From NCBI GenBank assembly GCA_964016885.1, contig OZ024740.1, forward strand, positions 186,000,001-186,064,000: a DNA stretch of 64,000 nt, read 5' to 3'. Shown here in pieces: positions 28,346-43,682 of this stretch. The stretch's first letter is position 1; every line of letters begins with the position of its first letter. The notes beneath the pieces are model-generated. The model searched no databases. It was not told where the DNA came from and saw only the letters and a program-made list of their open reading frames with translations. Origin of the DNA: Eledone cirrhosa (lineage: Eukaryota). A program made the position numbers and the translations under genes.

Positions 28346-28640
28346 CACACACACACACATGTATGTATATATATATACATACAGTCATATATACTTAATA
28401 AAACTGATCACACAAGCCTTCAGTCGGTCGTGTTTTCAATATGCATAGGAAGGAAGCAGCACACAATGACTCGTTTTAAATATACACATGTGACTATGGA
28501 AATTATATTTTGATAAGCTCTCTATTGCGGATGTCGGTAGTACAAATATAAATGAGAGAAGAATGATTTATTTTTTATAAACACATTTTGTATACTAATA
28601 TTTTTTTTTAACTAACCTCTATTCGTTATGTACTTTAAAT

Positions 28641-28826
28641 AGGCCGGTGGATTGGCAGTATCAGTACAGGGTCGGACGCCATGCTTTCCAGCATAGTTAC
28701 GTCCATTTACGATCTGAGTTCAAATCCAGCCGAGGTTGACTTTGCCTTTCATCCTTACGGGGTCGATAAAATAAAGTACCAGTAATGCACTGGGTAATTG
28801 CTGGCCTTGTGCCTAAAGTAGATACA
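28641..28826 (+). mobile_element. Full-length Nin-like tRNA SINE, 16 bp TSD
   Basis: A-box-like tggcagtatc.gt, B-box gagttcaaatcc, Nin-like core; TSD gttatgtactttaaat at 28625-28640 and 28827-28842. Confidence 0.93.
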
Positions 28827-28944
28827 GTTATGTACTTTAAATTTACATGCGAATATGAAAAAGCTTTCAGTGCACATTTGTATTATATATATATATACAT
28901 ATATACATGTGTATATACATTGTATAATATATATATATACATAT

Positions 28945-29133
28945 GGGCGGTGGATCGGCAGTATCGGTAGAGGGTCGGACGCCATGCTTTGACGCATAGA
29001 GTTACGGTCGTTTCCATTCCAATTTCAAATACCACCGAAGTCAACTTTGCCTTTCATCCTTACGGGGTCGATAAAATAAAGTACCAGTAATGTACTGGTT
29101 AATTGCTGGCCTTGTGCCAAACGTAGAAACAAT
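28945..29133 (+). mobile_element. Full-length Nin-like tRNA SINE
   Basis: Same consensus; probable TSD tatatatacatat. Confidence 0.9.
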
Positions 29134-29142
29134 TATATATAC

Positions 29143-29179
<37 letters not shown>

Positions 29180-29300
29180 TTGTAGTCAGCATATGCAGAC
29201 AATTATAATAGACACAGACACATGTTAAAGCAAATAAAATCATGATCCCCTTTTCACGCCGGGGTATTATTAATTTTACTTGCGCTTATATATATATATA

Positions 29301-29532
29301 TAGTGGTAGAACACTGGAAGGTAATATCCGTAGTGGTAGAGCACTCAGTCAATGGGAAGAGTTAGGTAGAATTGGTTACACAACAGTTAGTTCACCATAC
29401 CGAGAACAACTGTTTCACCTTAGCGGGTCCTCATGTCCTCATGGAACGTATAACCATGTCCATTACGAGCCGAGGATCCGCTAAGGTGAAACAGTTGTTC
29501 TCCGTATGGTGGACTAAATGTTGTGTAACCAC

Positions 29533-29537
<5 letters not shown>
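29301..29537. mobile_element. Asymmetric palindromic mini-element between TA tracts
   Basis: Arms 29367-29422 and 29472-29537; one-sided tail 29301-29366; only a partial HHR-like remnant (gcc...ggt-gaaac). Confidence 0.8.
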
Positions 29538-29593
<56 letters not shown>

Positions 29594-30546
29594 AAATAGT
29601 TACTTGTAATAATAATATTACCAGGAGTCTTTTGAATGAACGCTACACTACAAACATCCTACAGCAGCGTTCAATGAAACTTCGTTTTCCCCTAACTCGA
29701 CAACGTTGTCCCATACCCATCTCCATTTCCCTATGTATATCGGAATTTCGTGCCTTTGTAACCTAACGTGTGAGGTCACAAATGAATGTTGAATGGCTTG
29801 TCATCACGAGATCTCGAGAGACAACCACACGAAGATACGCATCAATATACTGTGTATAAATGTGTAACTTTCACAAGGAACCAAGTTATAGTTCTTAAGC
29901 ATATCTTCAATAATAATGCCGACACATCATATAACTGAATTAACACTGTATAGCAGATGCTATTCCTCTGAGGAGTCAATTATTTAATCGGATTTAATAT
30001 GCTTTATTTCTGTTGGAGATTTTCATTATATTGAGAATCATTACAGACGGGCTGTGTATCTTGTTTGAATATAAAGCTATGTGCATTCGATATATGTGTT
30101 CTTATCATATCGATTAGCAATAATCAACTTTTTCCAATGGATTATTGCGACCGAACCTCCTAATTTCATTATAGCTTCCGAGCTGTGAGAGGCATAACAT
30201 CCATGATTCAAACGTGTCAGCACTTATTTATTTCAACAAATGTATCGACCTATTCTGCTGTACATGATGAACATGCACTGTATGCATGTATGTAGAAGCA
30301 AAATTAACGCCTACGTACGGCAAAATAAAGTATTAAATTGTCTGTAAACTTACAGTAAACTAAAATGAAACACGCATTGCAACAAAATAGATGCATGTCA
30401 GCGATATCTTAAACAAGACTATTGTTTTGTTTTTGTTTATTTATAGTTCCAGTTCTAGTGCTCTCTAGCTGCAAAAGTTTGAGAATGATAGTGAGGCAGG
30501 GAACGGATTGAGAAGAGAGAGAGAGACGAAACTCATTTAGATAAGT

Positions 30547-30547
<1 letters not shown>

Positions 30548-30593
<46 letters not shown>

Positions 30594-30651
30594 CAGCAGT
30601 AGCAGCAGCAGCAGCATCAGCTGTAGTAGTAGTAGTAGTAGTAGTAGTAGT
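30548..30651. repeat. (CAG)n/(TAG)n compound trinucleotide repeat
   Basis: Direct observation. Confidence 0.95.
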
Positions 30652-32649
30652 GTTTATGTTGTTATACACTGACAGACTAGTAAGAGATGTGAGGCAAGTT
30701 GATATAACGGCGAAAGTTCATTGCTGAGAATAACCCTGACAGTTTCTAATTTTTCTGCATTGAGATGGTTTACAGGATAGGCAGAAAATGGATTATTACA
30801 AATTTTAAAAGATCATTTTTTGTTTCTAGTTTCTGGTGATCTGAATTTCAAATATAAAGCCGACAGTTTATTGATTAGGAATCGAGCAGAAGCTAAATAT
30901 GTTGATTCATTTAGACTAGTGTACTTCTCTATCTTTTTCATATCCACTATTGTACATAATATATGATGATAATTGAAAATGCCGGAAGTGTATATAGTGA
31001 GGTATTCGTATTTTCTGACATGTTTACATGCTTATATATCAGATAAGGTTATATTTATATAAACACTGGCGCAGTCACTGTTACCCACATTGTATGTATA
31101 CAGATATAACTTGATCATACAATTCGGCTGCTTGTGCACATCTTAATATATATTATAATTAATGACCTACTCGATCATATGCAAATTAGTAAGTGAAGAA
31201 GAAGAAGAAGAAGAAGCAGAAGAAGAAGAAGAAGAAGTATAGTGTAAGTTGTTTACGTTAATATATATATATAGAAAGGAAAATGTAGTGTAGAAGAAAT
31301 ATGATCTGCATAACAAAAGGATATACGTTAGTTAGTAAGGTCAGAGTACAAGCTTGAGTAAAATAAGTCTTAAGTGTTAACAGAAAGTAGACGAGGAAAA
31401 GTTATAAATCAGAAAGTAACATAAAGTAGGAAGAAAGCAATTTGTGAAGAGTATAATGAATAACATTTTTTTATATATTAATAGAGAGTATCAGACAACG
31501 ATATTGCTGATTCAATCGAACTTCGTATGAATATTCATAGTAAATATTTTAATGAGTCCCAAAAGATGTAAGTCAAATTTGATATTATACAAATAGATCC
31601 ATTTCATTAATAATAACTCAGAAAAACATGCTACGTTCTTATTTAGTTTATCTACATTCTTAATAGCTCAATATCAATAGTATCTGTCATGTAATATGTT
31701 CTTATAATGCGTTTTGATTAATTTGTATTACTAGTTCAGATTAAGGAAACATTGTAGTAATTTAAAGGCATCTTATAGAAATACACATTGCGTAGTAATT
31801 GAGAAAAAATAGATGATTGATTAAGAGAATTTGGCAAATTTTCTATAGACCTACATTAAATAATTGAATAATCAAATATTTTCTTTTTAAATTTCATTAG
31901 GACATATTTAAAACCAATTCATTTATATAGGCGTTTCCTGAATTATTAATTTCTTCAAGTGAACGAAAATTGCTTCGATCCGTTGGATGATTACTTTGCC
32001 AAAATGCTGATGGAAAAAATACATTTCTGAATAGAAACAGAAACAGAAACTAAGAAAACATACACGATATACATGGAATTCGTGTGTTTAAACGATATTT
32101 AACGATTTACATCAGTGAGGCAGGAAAAAGAATGTAATTATATATGTGCACATCTAAGACTGATCACTTCCTACTTCTAATTTTAAATTATACATATAAA
32201 ACTGCTCCTTATCAAAAAGCACCTACATTTTTAAATTCTTTATCATATCTCTCGATTCAAATTTGTCTTTTGTATTATTAGTTTTCATGATTAATTCTGG
32301 GTGATAATGGAAGATGGTATATTGTGAATATAATAATACTAAGTCTGGATATATACTGAGCGTAATAAATTGTTGGTTGGATGAAATATACATGTCATAT
32401 AAAGCTAGAACGACTCCACATATTACGGGAAATTAACATTGAAATAATATCTAGAAAAGATTTGGTTCTAACAAGATGGTATATCTCAGTTGCACACTAC
32501 GGGAAAAATTGCCAACCCATTTCCACAGAGAACAGCCAGCAACACTAACTGCATCAAACATTCCTTCTCTGGCGATATGCACACCTCCAGATTATGCAGA
32601 GGACGAAGGCAGTTTGAAGTCCAAGTACGTTCGAGATCTCAACGGTGAC

Positions 32650-33270
32650 TAGCAATAAAAAATAGTAGGTGCTGATGTCTATATTATGCTGTAATGATCT
32701 AGTGTATGACGAATTTAGTAATATGACAAGCTCAACTGCACAGAAAGATTAATATCAGAATGTAAGAGCACTCAGGAATAAACACTGAAAGAGCGCTTAC
32801 GCACAAACGAGCACTACTCCACACAAACATCATCAGGAGACGTAACTAGCACCCAGAAATACACACAGTACTAGCTATTATTGAAGCACTTCAGCTATTA
32901 TTGAAGCACTTCAGCTGAGAGTGTCCCACTAAAACACACATACCATCATTGAATACAGTTAATAGCACATGAAACCAGTACATAACCAGCAAACCTTGCA
33001 TCTACCCAAGCTGCATGTCCAACCATTCAGCTACATACATTTACTTCTAAAGAGGTACGTACGAAAGCGGCATTAAAACCACAACACCCACAGTAGCACT
33101 CCATCAAAGAATTATCATTTTTTCAGATAACTAACAAATAAGTTGTCACTTCGTTGAGAGAATTATTTGCCATTCAGTGAATTGGGACTATTCTCTGATT
33201 AGGGCGATCTGCGACTAGGTCTGACGCAATTGAATAGTCTGAAGATCGCGATAACCATGCCTGAGGGCAA
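32650..33270 (+). pseudogene. Very decayed PLE GIY-YIG C-terminus and 3' end
   Basis: ctagctattattgaagcacttcag reads LAIIEALQ followed by ccacta (typical L.I.EAL.I...P.LN end), upstream TLKERL; 20 bp tandem duplication at 32873-32912. Confidence 0.4.
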
Positions 33271-34989
33271 ACACACCCACATACACACACATATCCTAAT
33301 ATATGTTTTCGATTAATATAATCCCACCCCCTTTCTACGATTATCCTATCTCAAGTTTACCAGACAGAAACACTCGGCTGCACATATAATCACTCACTTA
33401 GCCAGATATCTACACACACAACCACTCAGGAACCATATAAAATAATTAACAATTATATGAAGATAAATTACAATCGTTTAAACAATATATGCCCTTATTT
33501 GGCCAAATCACACACACATATATATATATAGAGAGAGAAAATCAAAGAACGCCTACATACTTATACAATTTGTATTCGCTAACAATGTTTCATCCATACC
33601 GTGGGGAAGGATTCCTGTGAGCGTGATAAATAAAAAAATATAGTGATGAATATAAGCTCTACCAAGCTCTAGTGCCACTAAGGTTGGGTAGTACCCTAAC
33701 CCTTCTACCCCCAATTCGAGGGTTGCGGGTGTGTATGGGTACGCCTGGCCCCTGTGTGGGGCGGGGATTCAAACTTTAAATGGTTGCGTGTTTGGTCCCT
33801 GACGGATAGCATAGCGTCACAATAAATATCTCTCCTGGGTAATGGACGGTACACTATCGGGTATAAGAGCCCGTAGTTAATACGCGGGAGGTAATTTACC
33901 TGGTCGCCCTACTTCGTGTGATCCCACAGACTCCTATGGGAGTATCTAGTTCCATATATAGACCCTTCTTGTTGCAGGACATACGTACACTGCGCGCGAG
34001 GGATCAACGGGAATTTACTGCTGCATGTAATCAAGCAACATTTGGAGGCGGTTACGATTGGAATGCGGAGTGAGTTACATATAGTCATAGGAGAATTTGG
34101 AGTTATAACTTGGACACATCTCAATCTGGAGTTTCGAACGTATGAGGATTTGAATGTGTAAAATCAGCTTGTAACACATAGTACCATATGCGCTGGTATG
34201 TATTTGTGAACATATGAATACGGTTGGATTACCATCTACGCACGATCTTCATATGTTATGACCTCTCGCGGACCGGATTACCATCTACGGTCGATCCACA
34301 TGTGTCATGACTTCTCACCAAATATGCCTTAAACAGTGACTAAACCATGTTTGTTGTGTTTTGATTGCTTCAGCTTGTTTTGACTGCTTCAGCTTGTTTT
34401 GATTGCCTCAGCTTGTTTATGTATTAACACCGCTTTGTCTGTGTTTGGCTCAAATCGGTGTGGTGCCTGTCCATGTGCAAGTTTAACACCTCTTGTTCAC
34501 ACAATTCCAAAACCTACTACTATACCCTGTTTTCGCATACTATGGGGGGGGGGGTATAAAATCCAATTTAGACCTTCTGAAGATACGTTATGGATCTCAT
34601 AGTATTCCAGGCATGGGAAACTAAATCACCTGTCTTCTATACTAAGTATTGCATAGCCACCTTTGTTGATTCTTCATATGCCTCAATTTATTTTTTCTTT
34701 TCCCCATTTGTTTAATTACTATTATGTATTTTTTTTATTATTTAAACATTTTTAATTTTTAGGTTTTAAATGTTTTAAATTATTTTTTAAATATTTTTAC
34801 TTATATTTTTATAATTTTTTTTTAATTTCTTTAAAAAAAATTTAAAATCTATTTAATTATTTTTAATGATTATTTTCTAATTTATTTTTCTTAAAATTAT
34901 TTTTTTATATATTTTTTTAATTATCTTTAAGTGCTTATGATTGCTTTTGTGTGCCTTCACATGCCTCAGTTTCTTGTGGGAGAATCTGC

Positions 34990-35168
34990 TTGGCAGTATC
35001 GGTAGAGTGTCGGACGCCATGCTTTCCAGCATAGTTACGTCCCTTTACGATCTGAGTTCAAATCCCGCCGAGGTTGACTTTGCCTTTCATCCTTACGGGG
35101 TCGATAAAATAAAGTACCAGTAATGCACTGGGTAATTGCTGGCTTTGTGCCTAAAGTAGAAACAATTA
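34990..35168 (+). mobile_element. Nin-like tRNA SINE
   Basis: Near identical to 28641-28826. Confidence 0.92.
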
Positions 35169-36214
35169 TATATTTTCAAGTAAAATCCAAAGGCAAATAA
35201 ACATATACACACACGCGCACATACACATACGCACACACACACGCATGCACACAACCACACACGCACACAAAAACACACATATATATATGGGGGGGGGGAT
35301 TAAACGTACGCCCATAGGTATTTATTTGGGAATATTTCTATAATGATCGAAAGCTAGGATTGGATATTATATCATATGCCAATCGATTAATTATTTAAAG
35401 GTACTATACCTTATGCATCGATAAATTCCATCCGCCCCCATTTCCGTATCCGTTTTCCAATGTCTTTCGGAAGGAGATGTAAATATGAGATCATAGAACT
35501 ACACACAATTTTCATAGACAGTCTTACTAATCTCTCAAAATTTCTGCTGAATCCCGAACTTCATGAAACTTTTCTAACATAATTTCTTCCATCTCAGTGA
35601 TTTACTTGAAAATTCTGGAAATAATTTTTATTTCAACGTCATTCTCATATAACTTCAAATGCGGATTGTCGTTATCCAATCAATACGCACACAGACTCTG
35701 GTAGCTCTTTATATAAAAATGTTGAGTTTACGTTTATATTCATTACACTCAAATATAGAAACTCCTTCCTCAATATTTAAAATAGAAAATCTATTTCAAA
35801 TTTCTATTTAAGTCATATCTGCGATGTTATGATTTCTAGATTTCTCATAATATGTAGGTATATGTGTTATATTTACTGCAAGTGAGTATTAATGAATTCA
35901 TAATTTCCTATCTGTAGGATGTATATATACACATACATACACACACACATATATATATATATACATATATATATGTATATACACACACATATATATACAT
36001 ATATATACACACACCCATATACACACACATATATATAGACTATACAGCTGTAAAACTATATTACATACATAGCCTACAAAGATACGAATGAGTAAGGGTG
36101 TGTTTATGTTTGTCAGAGAAATATTGGGTCAATGAAATCGATTATAGCCCTCCATAAAATTGTGTTGCTTTGTACCAAAATTCGAAATCAATATTTATGG
36201 ACATAAACTATAAA

Positions 36215-36357
36215 CAGTAGTGTCAGTGTGATGCTTCGATGGGTTCGGTTACGTCCCTTTACTATCTACGATCAAATCCCACAGGGATTAACTCTTCTTT
36301 TCATCTTTCCGATGTCGATAAAATATGTTTGGCTTTGTGCCAAAGTATAAGATCAAT
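36215..36357 (+). mobile_element. Degenerate Nin-like SINE
   Basis: ttacgtccctttac...caaatccc...tttcatctttccgatgtcgataaaata...ggctttgtgccaaagt. Confidence 0.65.
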
Positions 36358-36722
36358 GTTCTGAGAAATCGTATGACATACATCGTATGCTAACTATATC
36401 TCAATATTTAAATATGTTTCTTGGTTCAAATCCAATCTTCTTTCATCATTTTCGCACGACTGACAGACGAAATAATACATATCATGATTTAATCAGGTGT
36501 ATCCTCTATACACAAAATATGCGTTTTGATAAGATATGTATATCACAACACCCTATTTCTCTGGTTTCTAAAATACAACACAAACACCCACACATATATA
36601 TATGTATGTATTTACATATATATATATATACATATATATGTATGTATTTACATATATATATATGTATATATATATACATATATATGTATGTATTTACATA
36701 TATACATATGTATATATATGTA

Positions 36723-36760
<38 letters not shown>

Positions 36761-36809
36761 ATAATATATATATATACATATAAATATATATACACACATA
36801 TATATATAT

Positions 36810-37300
36810 AGTGACGAAACATAAGTCAATTGCATGAACTCATAATCCTTTATTTACTGCTATATATATTTCGATGATAGCCATTGAGTGGCTATGACCA
36901 CATCAGACAGTTAGTCAGTTCTTAGATATACCAGCTCTGTATTTATGGCGTTGATGGTATCAGAGCCTTGGGACATATGAGCTTGTTAGGAATAATTTAA
37001 TGCTGTCAGCAGGAATAGTCTTGATTCTCATTGGTCAGTTTGTAGATGGTAGTAGGGTTGGTATTTGACCTCAAATAGGCAGGTGGTGTTGTAAAGTTCA
37101 AACCATCAGGCAAGATGACAATAGTTCCACATGACTGATTTTCACAAAAGACATTCTTGGTCAGATATATATATATTCAAATAAGGTTAATAGTATGAAA
37201 TAGATACTACAAGTCATTCTTAAATAGAGGAATTAATGTGGAGTGGTGCTACTGAAAACTATGGTTGGAGTAGAAAATTTACAAATAAAAAGGCTTATTT
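36810..37300 (-). mobile_element. Family I PLE-like 3' end with HHR (36856-36911, A9U substitution)
   Basis: Matches 58599-58740; minus strand ACUGU-CUGAUGU-GGUCAUAGCCA...UGGCUAUCAUC-GAAA-UAUAUAUA-GCAGU; the upstream boundary is uncertain. Confidence 0.75.
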
Positions 37301-37578
37301 AGGTTGGCTTGCACTACACTCACACTCACCTCCACAGACACACACACACATCCACACATACAAAAAGTGGGGTGGTAATACTTAATATAAAGGTTAGAGT
37401 CCAATACTTAGATAGTTTAGAAAATATGCTGGTTCACTGTACATACACTCAAACCTACCTCCTCAAACACTCACACATCAACACACACAAATTCATACAG
37501 GTGTGTGTATATATATATGCATGCATGCATGTACGCACAAGTATACACACACATATATATATATATATAGAGAGAGAG

Positions 37579-37683
<105 letters not shown>

Positions 37684-37756
37684 TATATATACACAGAACA
37701 TACATATATATAAAATATATTCATACAAAAATATTAAAAATATATATATACATAGA

Positions 37757-37823
<67 letters not shown>

Positions 37824-38166
37824 ATACACACGTAAAACATACATATATATATATATATAAAATACACACACATATACACACATATATATAAAATATATAC
37901 ATACAGATACATACACATATATAAAAACGCTACATACACATATAAAATACACATATATATACACATGATACATATATACATATATATATATAAAATCAGG
38001 TTCAATAAAACATTGTTTAGATGACTCCTAACCAGTAGAGGATCCGGTGGACCATCCACCATAGGGACCACAAACTATGGGTGGTTGTTGTTGTCCATTG
38101 GTCATTGGTACGGGCTGTAGGGGACCTACCGGAGGCAGGGGGCTTGTGGGAGGCTGTAACCGGGGT

Positions 38167-38545
<379 letters not shown>

Positions 38546-39151
38546 CTATATATATATAGATAGAGAGAGAGGGGGGAGATGCAAACATACATACATACAA
38601 ACAAACATACATTCATACATACATACATACATACATCATGACTGCAACCTCTGCTGAGAGTACTGCAATCGCTTGACGGATTGTAGAGTTTGGTGCACTT
38701 TTAGGCTAGGGCTAGCCATACAAGCCTGTAACATATCCTGAACAGGTAATGCCTGTGCTTTGAAGATTTGTTTAAGTGAAGAAAGGCCTTGCACTCGTTT
38801 AATCACACTCTCTGAGCATCGAAAAGAGTACTCGAAAAAGAACTGTTTAACATCATCGGATGCTTCCGAGGGCGCAGGTGAGCATGATGATATTTGGACA
38901 CCCTACGGAATGAAATACAAAACCCAGAAAAATAGTACATACGCATATACATACATACTTGCATACATACAACAGAGTGTGTATGTGTGCGTGTGTGCTT
39001 CTAATCGCAAAGTGCTTAGATCTTTGCGAAGGACGCGTTGCGATATGAGATCCACATCTTTACGTTTTGAGTTCAAATACTGCAGACGCCAGCTATGCAT
39101 TTAATTCTTTCGAATTCAATAAAGGAAGGCACAAACCACTACCAATGTAGC

Positions 39152-39154
<3 letters not shown>

Positions 39155-39211
<57 letters not shown>

Positions 39212-39262
39212 CGATCGATCGATCGATCGATCGATCGATCGATCTATCTATCTATCTATATC
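39155..39262. repeat. (CT)n-(CGAT)n-(CTAT)n compound microsatellite
   Basis: Direct observation. Confidence 0.95.
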
Positions 39263-39679
39263 TCTTTACTTCTAGCTTCCATAACATGCGTGTTTAACTG
39301 GACCTAAAGTGGGCGAATGAACGTATGTCAATGTTTGTTTAACCCTATATAGACACTTAATATCTTCCAAGTACTCGTTCATTGACTGGGAAAATTATGA
39401 TTACATGAAATTGAAAGAGCCGGCCTGGTCAAGAACTGTGTCACGTCAAATCACCAAGAAGACTCCATTAAGGCTACATGCATTTGTGGAATGTTTAAAC
39501 ATGTGTACGTTAATGTAACGAGCACGTCGTTTCGTTGATCAGACAAATGGAACATTGGTCCGCCTAACCGATAGAGGTTTAACACACACACATACACACA
39601 TACACAGTCATACATATATACATATATGCATGCACCCACATGTGCATACACACATATATATGCGCACACACTCACACGC

Positions 39680-39721
<42 letters not shown>

Positions 39722-39738
39722 GGAGAGAGAGAGAGAGA

Positions 39739-39769
<31 letters not shown>

Positions 39770-40343
39770 TGACTTCTGTATGTAGTAAGATACATAAACA
39801 GATAGATAGATATATGTATATATACATATATATTTATATATTTCATTAAAACTGATTTTATTGAAAAGGGACCCACAGATCAATGACAGTTATGATAGAA
39901 TTTTCCACAATGTCTAGATCATATTTTTTAAATATTGCCGGTTGATTTCTCTGAACAATATGATTATAAATGATTATAAGTTACAAATTAAAAAAAAAAA
40001 ATAACACATTTATTGGCGAAACACAAATTCCATTATTATAATGCAAAGAGTGGTTATTCCCAGGAATAATCAGCTACAAATGGCTTTTAGGAAACCAAAA
40101 TGAGTATTTTTCTGAATTACATAACGGAGTGCTTCATCCACTTAATAGGCCATTAATAACAAAAGGAACTCAGAAATAGCGAATAAATATCTCTTAAGAG
40201 GACAATTCGTTCCTAAACTGTGCAAACACAAAATATTTTTCCGAGAAAGCATTGCAGTAAGTGTGCATGCAGTTATAACAATAACAATAAAACATATTAA
40301 CTATTAATAACACTATTCAGAATAATAATAATTATGTCTACAT

Positions 40344-40505
40344 TTGGCACAAGGCCAGCAATTTGAGGGAAATGGAAATGTCGTTACTGGTACTTTAGTC
40401 TATCGAACCCGTAAGGCGAAAAGTTACAGTTTGCCTCAACGGTATTTTAGCTCAGAATGTCAAGAGCCGGAACAAATATCTCGAAACATTTTTAACAAAA
40501 GAAAT
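40344..40505 (-). mobile_element. Degenerate Nin-like SINE
   Basis: ttggcacaaggccagcaatt...actggtacttt...tatcgaacccgtaagg.gaaa...cgattctgccaat. Confidence 0.7.
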
Positions 40506-40886
40506 ATCGATTCTGCCAATCGACTGTCCTAATGATAATAATAATTTTGTGTCAGGGGATCCTACTACGACTTGAAATGTAACTCGCTGTGGAGAATCAT
40601 CGACGGCGATTAGTCATGTATATGTGTATACGACCAGGTGTCGAAGTGCCATAGCCATGTAGAGGGCCATGACGACGTAGCTGTGGAGAATACCGGTAGC
40701 ATCCTACCAAGAGTACATGGAGTTGTGGCGTGGAAAAATGGGAAAGTGCGTTAGACTTGATGGGGATTATGCTGAAGGAAAAAGCTTGTAGTTTGGATAT
40801 GATATAAATTTTGCAACCCCAGTCCTGTTTCTTTTCTGAATCTGACATACCTCATATTTATATATATATATATATACATATATATA

Positions 40887-41090
40887 AGTTTATCCCGGGT
40901 TCAATCGGGGGTAACCACAGTAAGTAAGGTACTCAATACATAGCAGAGTATAGATATTTAATATAGAAATGGCTTCTAGAGGAATAGAAGTGTTTTATTC
41001 AGCAGAAATCAAGAGAAAGCCAGGGGCTTCCTGATGATTTCTCCCGAAACAGTTCTAGTCCTGTAGAAGCCATTTCTATATTAAATATAT
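40887..41090. mobile_element. Family J asymmetric palindromic mini-element
   Basis: atatttaatatagaaatggcttcta (40954-40978) inverted at 41064-41088; tail 40887-40953; TA flanks. Confidence 0.8.
41025..41071 (+). ncRNA. Hammerhead motif lacking a paired helix II
   Basis: GGCUUC-CUGAUGA-uuucuccc-GAAA-CAG(uucuaguc)CUG-UA-GAAGCC; helices I (6 bp) and III (4 bp) pair perfectly. Confidence 0.78.
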
Positions 41091-41393
41091 ATATATATAG
41101 TTCTTGTTGAACCTACTTCAGTTCCAATTACGTTCGTTCCAGCAATGTAATCAATGATAAAGAATGTTTGTGATATTAAGCTACAATTGCCTGAGCATTT
41201 TCATAGCTACTTCTGCTCTTAACACAACTGTGCAACAGGTACAACGAACATTTGCTAATCGGGTGGATTGGAGCGTCGCAAGCAACCGAACTCACGAACA
41301 TATGCTTGTGAATCCTACACACAAATAATCAAAATATACGCCTTCATACATAAATGTACGCATACACACACAAACACACATAAACGCACACAC

Positions 41394-41475
<82 letters not shown>

Positions 41476-43682
41476 GGGTTTGGAGATAGTGTGTGTGTAT
41501 CACCCTCATATGTTTACTGTTTGAAAAGATGTACACACATACATATATTCATATAAAATACATTGTTTACATACATACATGCAGATATTTTCGTTGCAAT
41601 GTAGTTATTATCTCTTGAAATTTGGCTACCGCTATAAACCTGCTTATTTACATGGAATTAATTAAACGGAAATTCTAGCTCACCGCCGATCTTCGTTGTA
41701 TTCAAGCGGAAAACTAAATTTACTGAATACTAAGAACGTATATAAAGGTGGTTGACTCGATGTCAGAAAATTAATGCCAGTTTTTCTATAAAGCCCTAGG
41801 CGAATGTATGCCATTCGCTCATATGTGCATGTACGTGAGAGAGAGAGAGAGTGAGTGAGAGATAGAGTGATAGAGACGGTGAGGGAGAGCGTGAGTGAGC
41901 GAGAATGAGAGAAAGGGAGAGTTAGAAAGAGTGACACACCTATGCTGGTTCAATATCTGTCAAAACGATCTTTCATACTAACATTTATATCACACACCAA
42001 ATCATTTTGTTTTATAAAACATCATCCCATCGAAAATATCACAGGTATACACCAAAACTACATTTAATCTTGGAGTTTTATTTCTTTTAACAAGTTACCC
42101 GATCAGTGCTAAAACTAAATGAATTGCATCCTGGTAGAATTAGAAGAGATATTAAAAATTGAAATAAACACCGTTATTGTTTAGACCAGTAAAACGTATT
42201 CGACAATGTATATTACAATATGGATAATTGAAATATATCAATGTATATACGCGCCGGAATAGGTGTGTGCGTTTCAATGTTTAATATTTTAAATTTAGCT
42301 TATGTAACTTTAGAAATATAAAAGTTAGTAGAGGTATTTTCATCAGCTCAACTAGTAAATTCGCTTGGGTAAACAAATTGAAATGGATGTATAATGTAAA
42401 AGCTACTACAATACTTCGTATATGTTCATGAAGTAATTTACAATATTAATTGTACGTTGCTTATAAATTTCCCTAGCAAAAGCTGCATACAAAGTATGTT
42501 CGCATTAATCCGAAAACGAGGATAATCGTATTAGAGTTTGTAAGTGTTCAATTATTCTAAATTTAAGGCTTTAATTATAGAATGTATGCCTCAATAAGCA
42601 GCATGACATAAGATAGTTGGCCATTTCTTCAGGATGACTCACACAACCTGCTAATCGCAAATTTCACCAAAGTAACTTTTGATATTATTTCGGTCGATCA
42701 TCGTAAACTTCTGTGTTGTTGGTGCTGCTCTTCCAAGTGATGTTACGCCCCCTCCGTAACATACGGGAGTACATGTTACCTTGCGATTGTTTATCGTTTG
42801 TTGGTGTCATTTTTTTCTGAGCTGGTTAGTCAAACTGCAATATATTTGAAATTTTCAACAACATTTAGTTGTCATACAGATTTTGGGAGTATAGGTTCAT
42901 AATTCGATCCCCATACCACACAGGAAAGGATTAACAAAAACAAAATAAAATAACGGTATGTGTCTGTATATTTAGCTATTCATATCTAGCAAGGTATTTT
43001 CAAGTTGGCAATACATGTTTGTGTGTGAGACATCGGCTAAGATTAAATATACACATTTTGATGCACTATTTGAAGCACTATTTGAGCTGTTTCTTTAAAA
43101 ATGTTTAGATACTGAATCTGAAAATAACATCCATTTGTCTTCGTTTACTCTCATTTTCCCTGTACTGAATATTCCTATTTTTCCTAAAATCATAGACCTT
43201 GCCTTCTTGTGACTCATTGTAGGATACATTTACGTAAACGAAATATAGATGAGTATTGCTATAAATGTTCATGCTGTAGTCATAACAAAGCTACACCAGT
43301 AACCGTGTGAGAACGCCAGGAACGTGTTTCTGTATGTTTATCCGATATAGGTGATGGTTACTCATTCGGTACTGAAACAAGAATACGGTATAACTTATAT
43401 ACTTGTTGGCGCATAAAACACCGTCTGAACATTCTTAATTCTCTATAGTGGGAGCTAACATTTATCAACAGTAATTATAACTAATATATCGTATTTCGTA
43501 TATGACCATATATACGGTAAGTTCAAGTGTTAAAAAAAGAGACATTAATCTCCCTACAAAAGTTTAAAGCTGTGTCATATCACAACTATTTCCAGTAGCA
43601 GAGAGACAGCGCCAGACACGTGGTTCTGATAATATATATATATATATATATCCAAATATAATATATATATATATATATATCA

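Noticed and set aside
28641-28730. tRNA gene (A/B boxes)
   Set aside because: No cloverleaf; the boxes are the head of a multi-copy SINE with TSDs
34358-34416. Short direct repeats as a CRISPR-like array
   Set aside because: Head-to-tail minisatellite without spacers, in eukaryotic DNA
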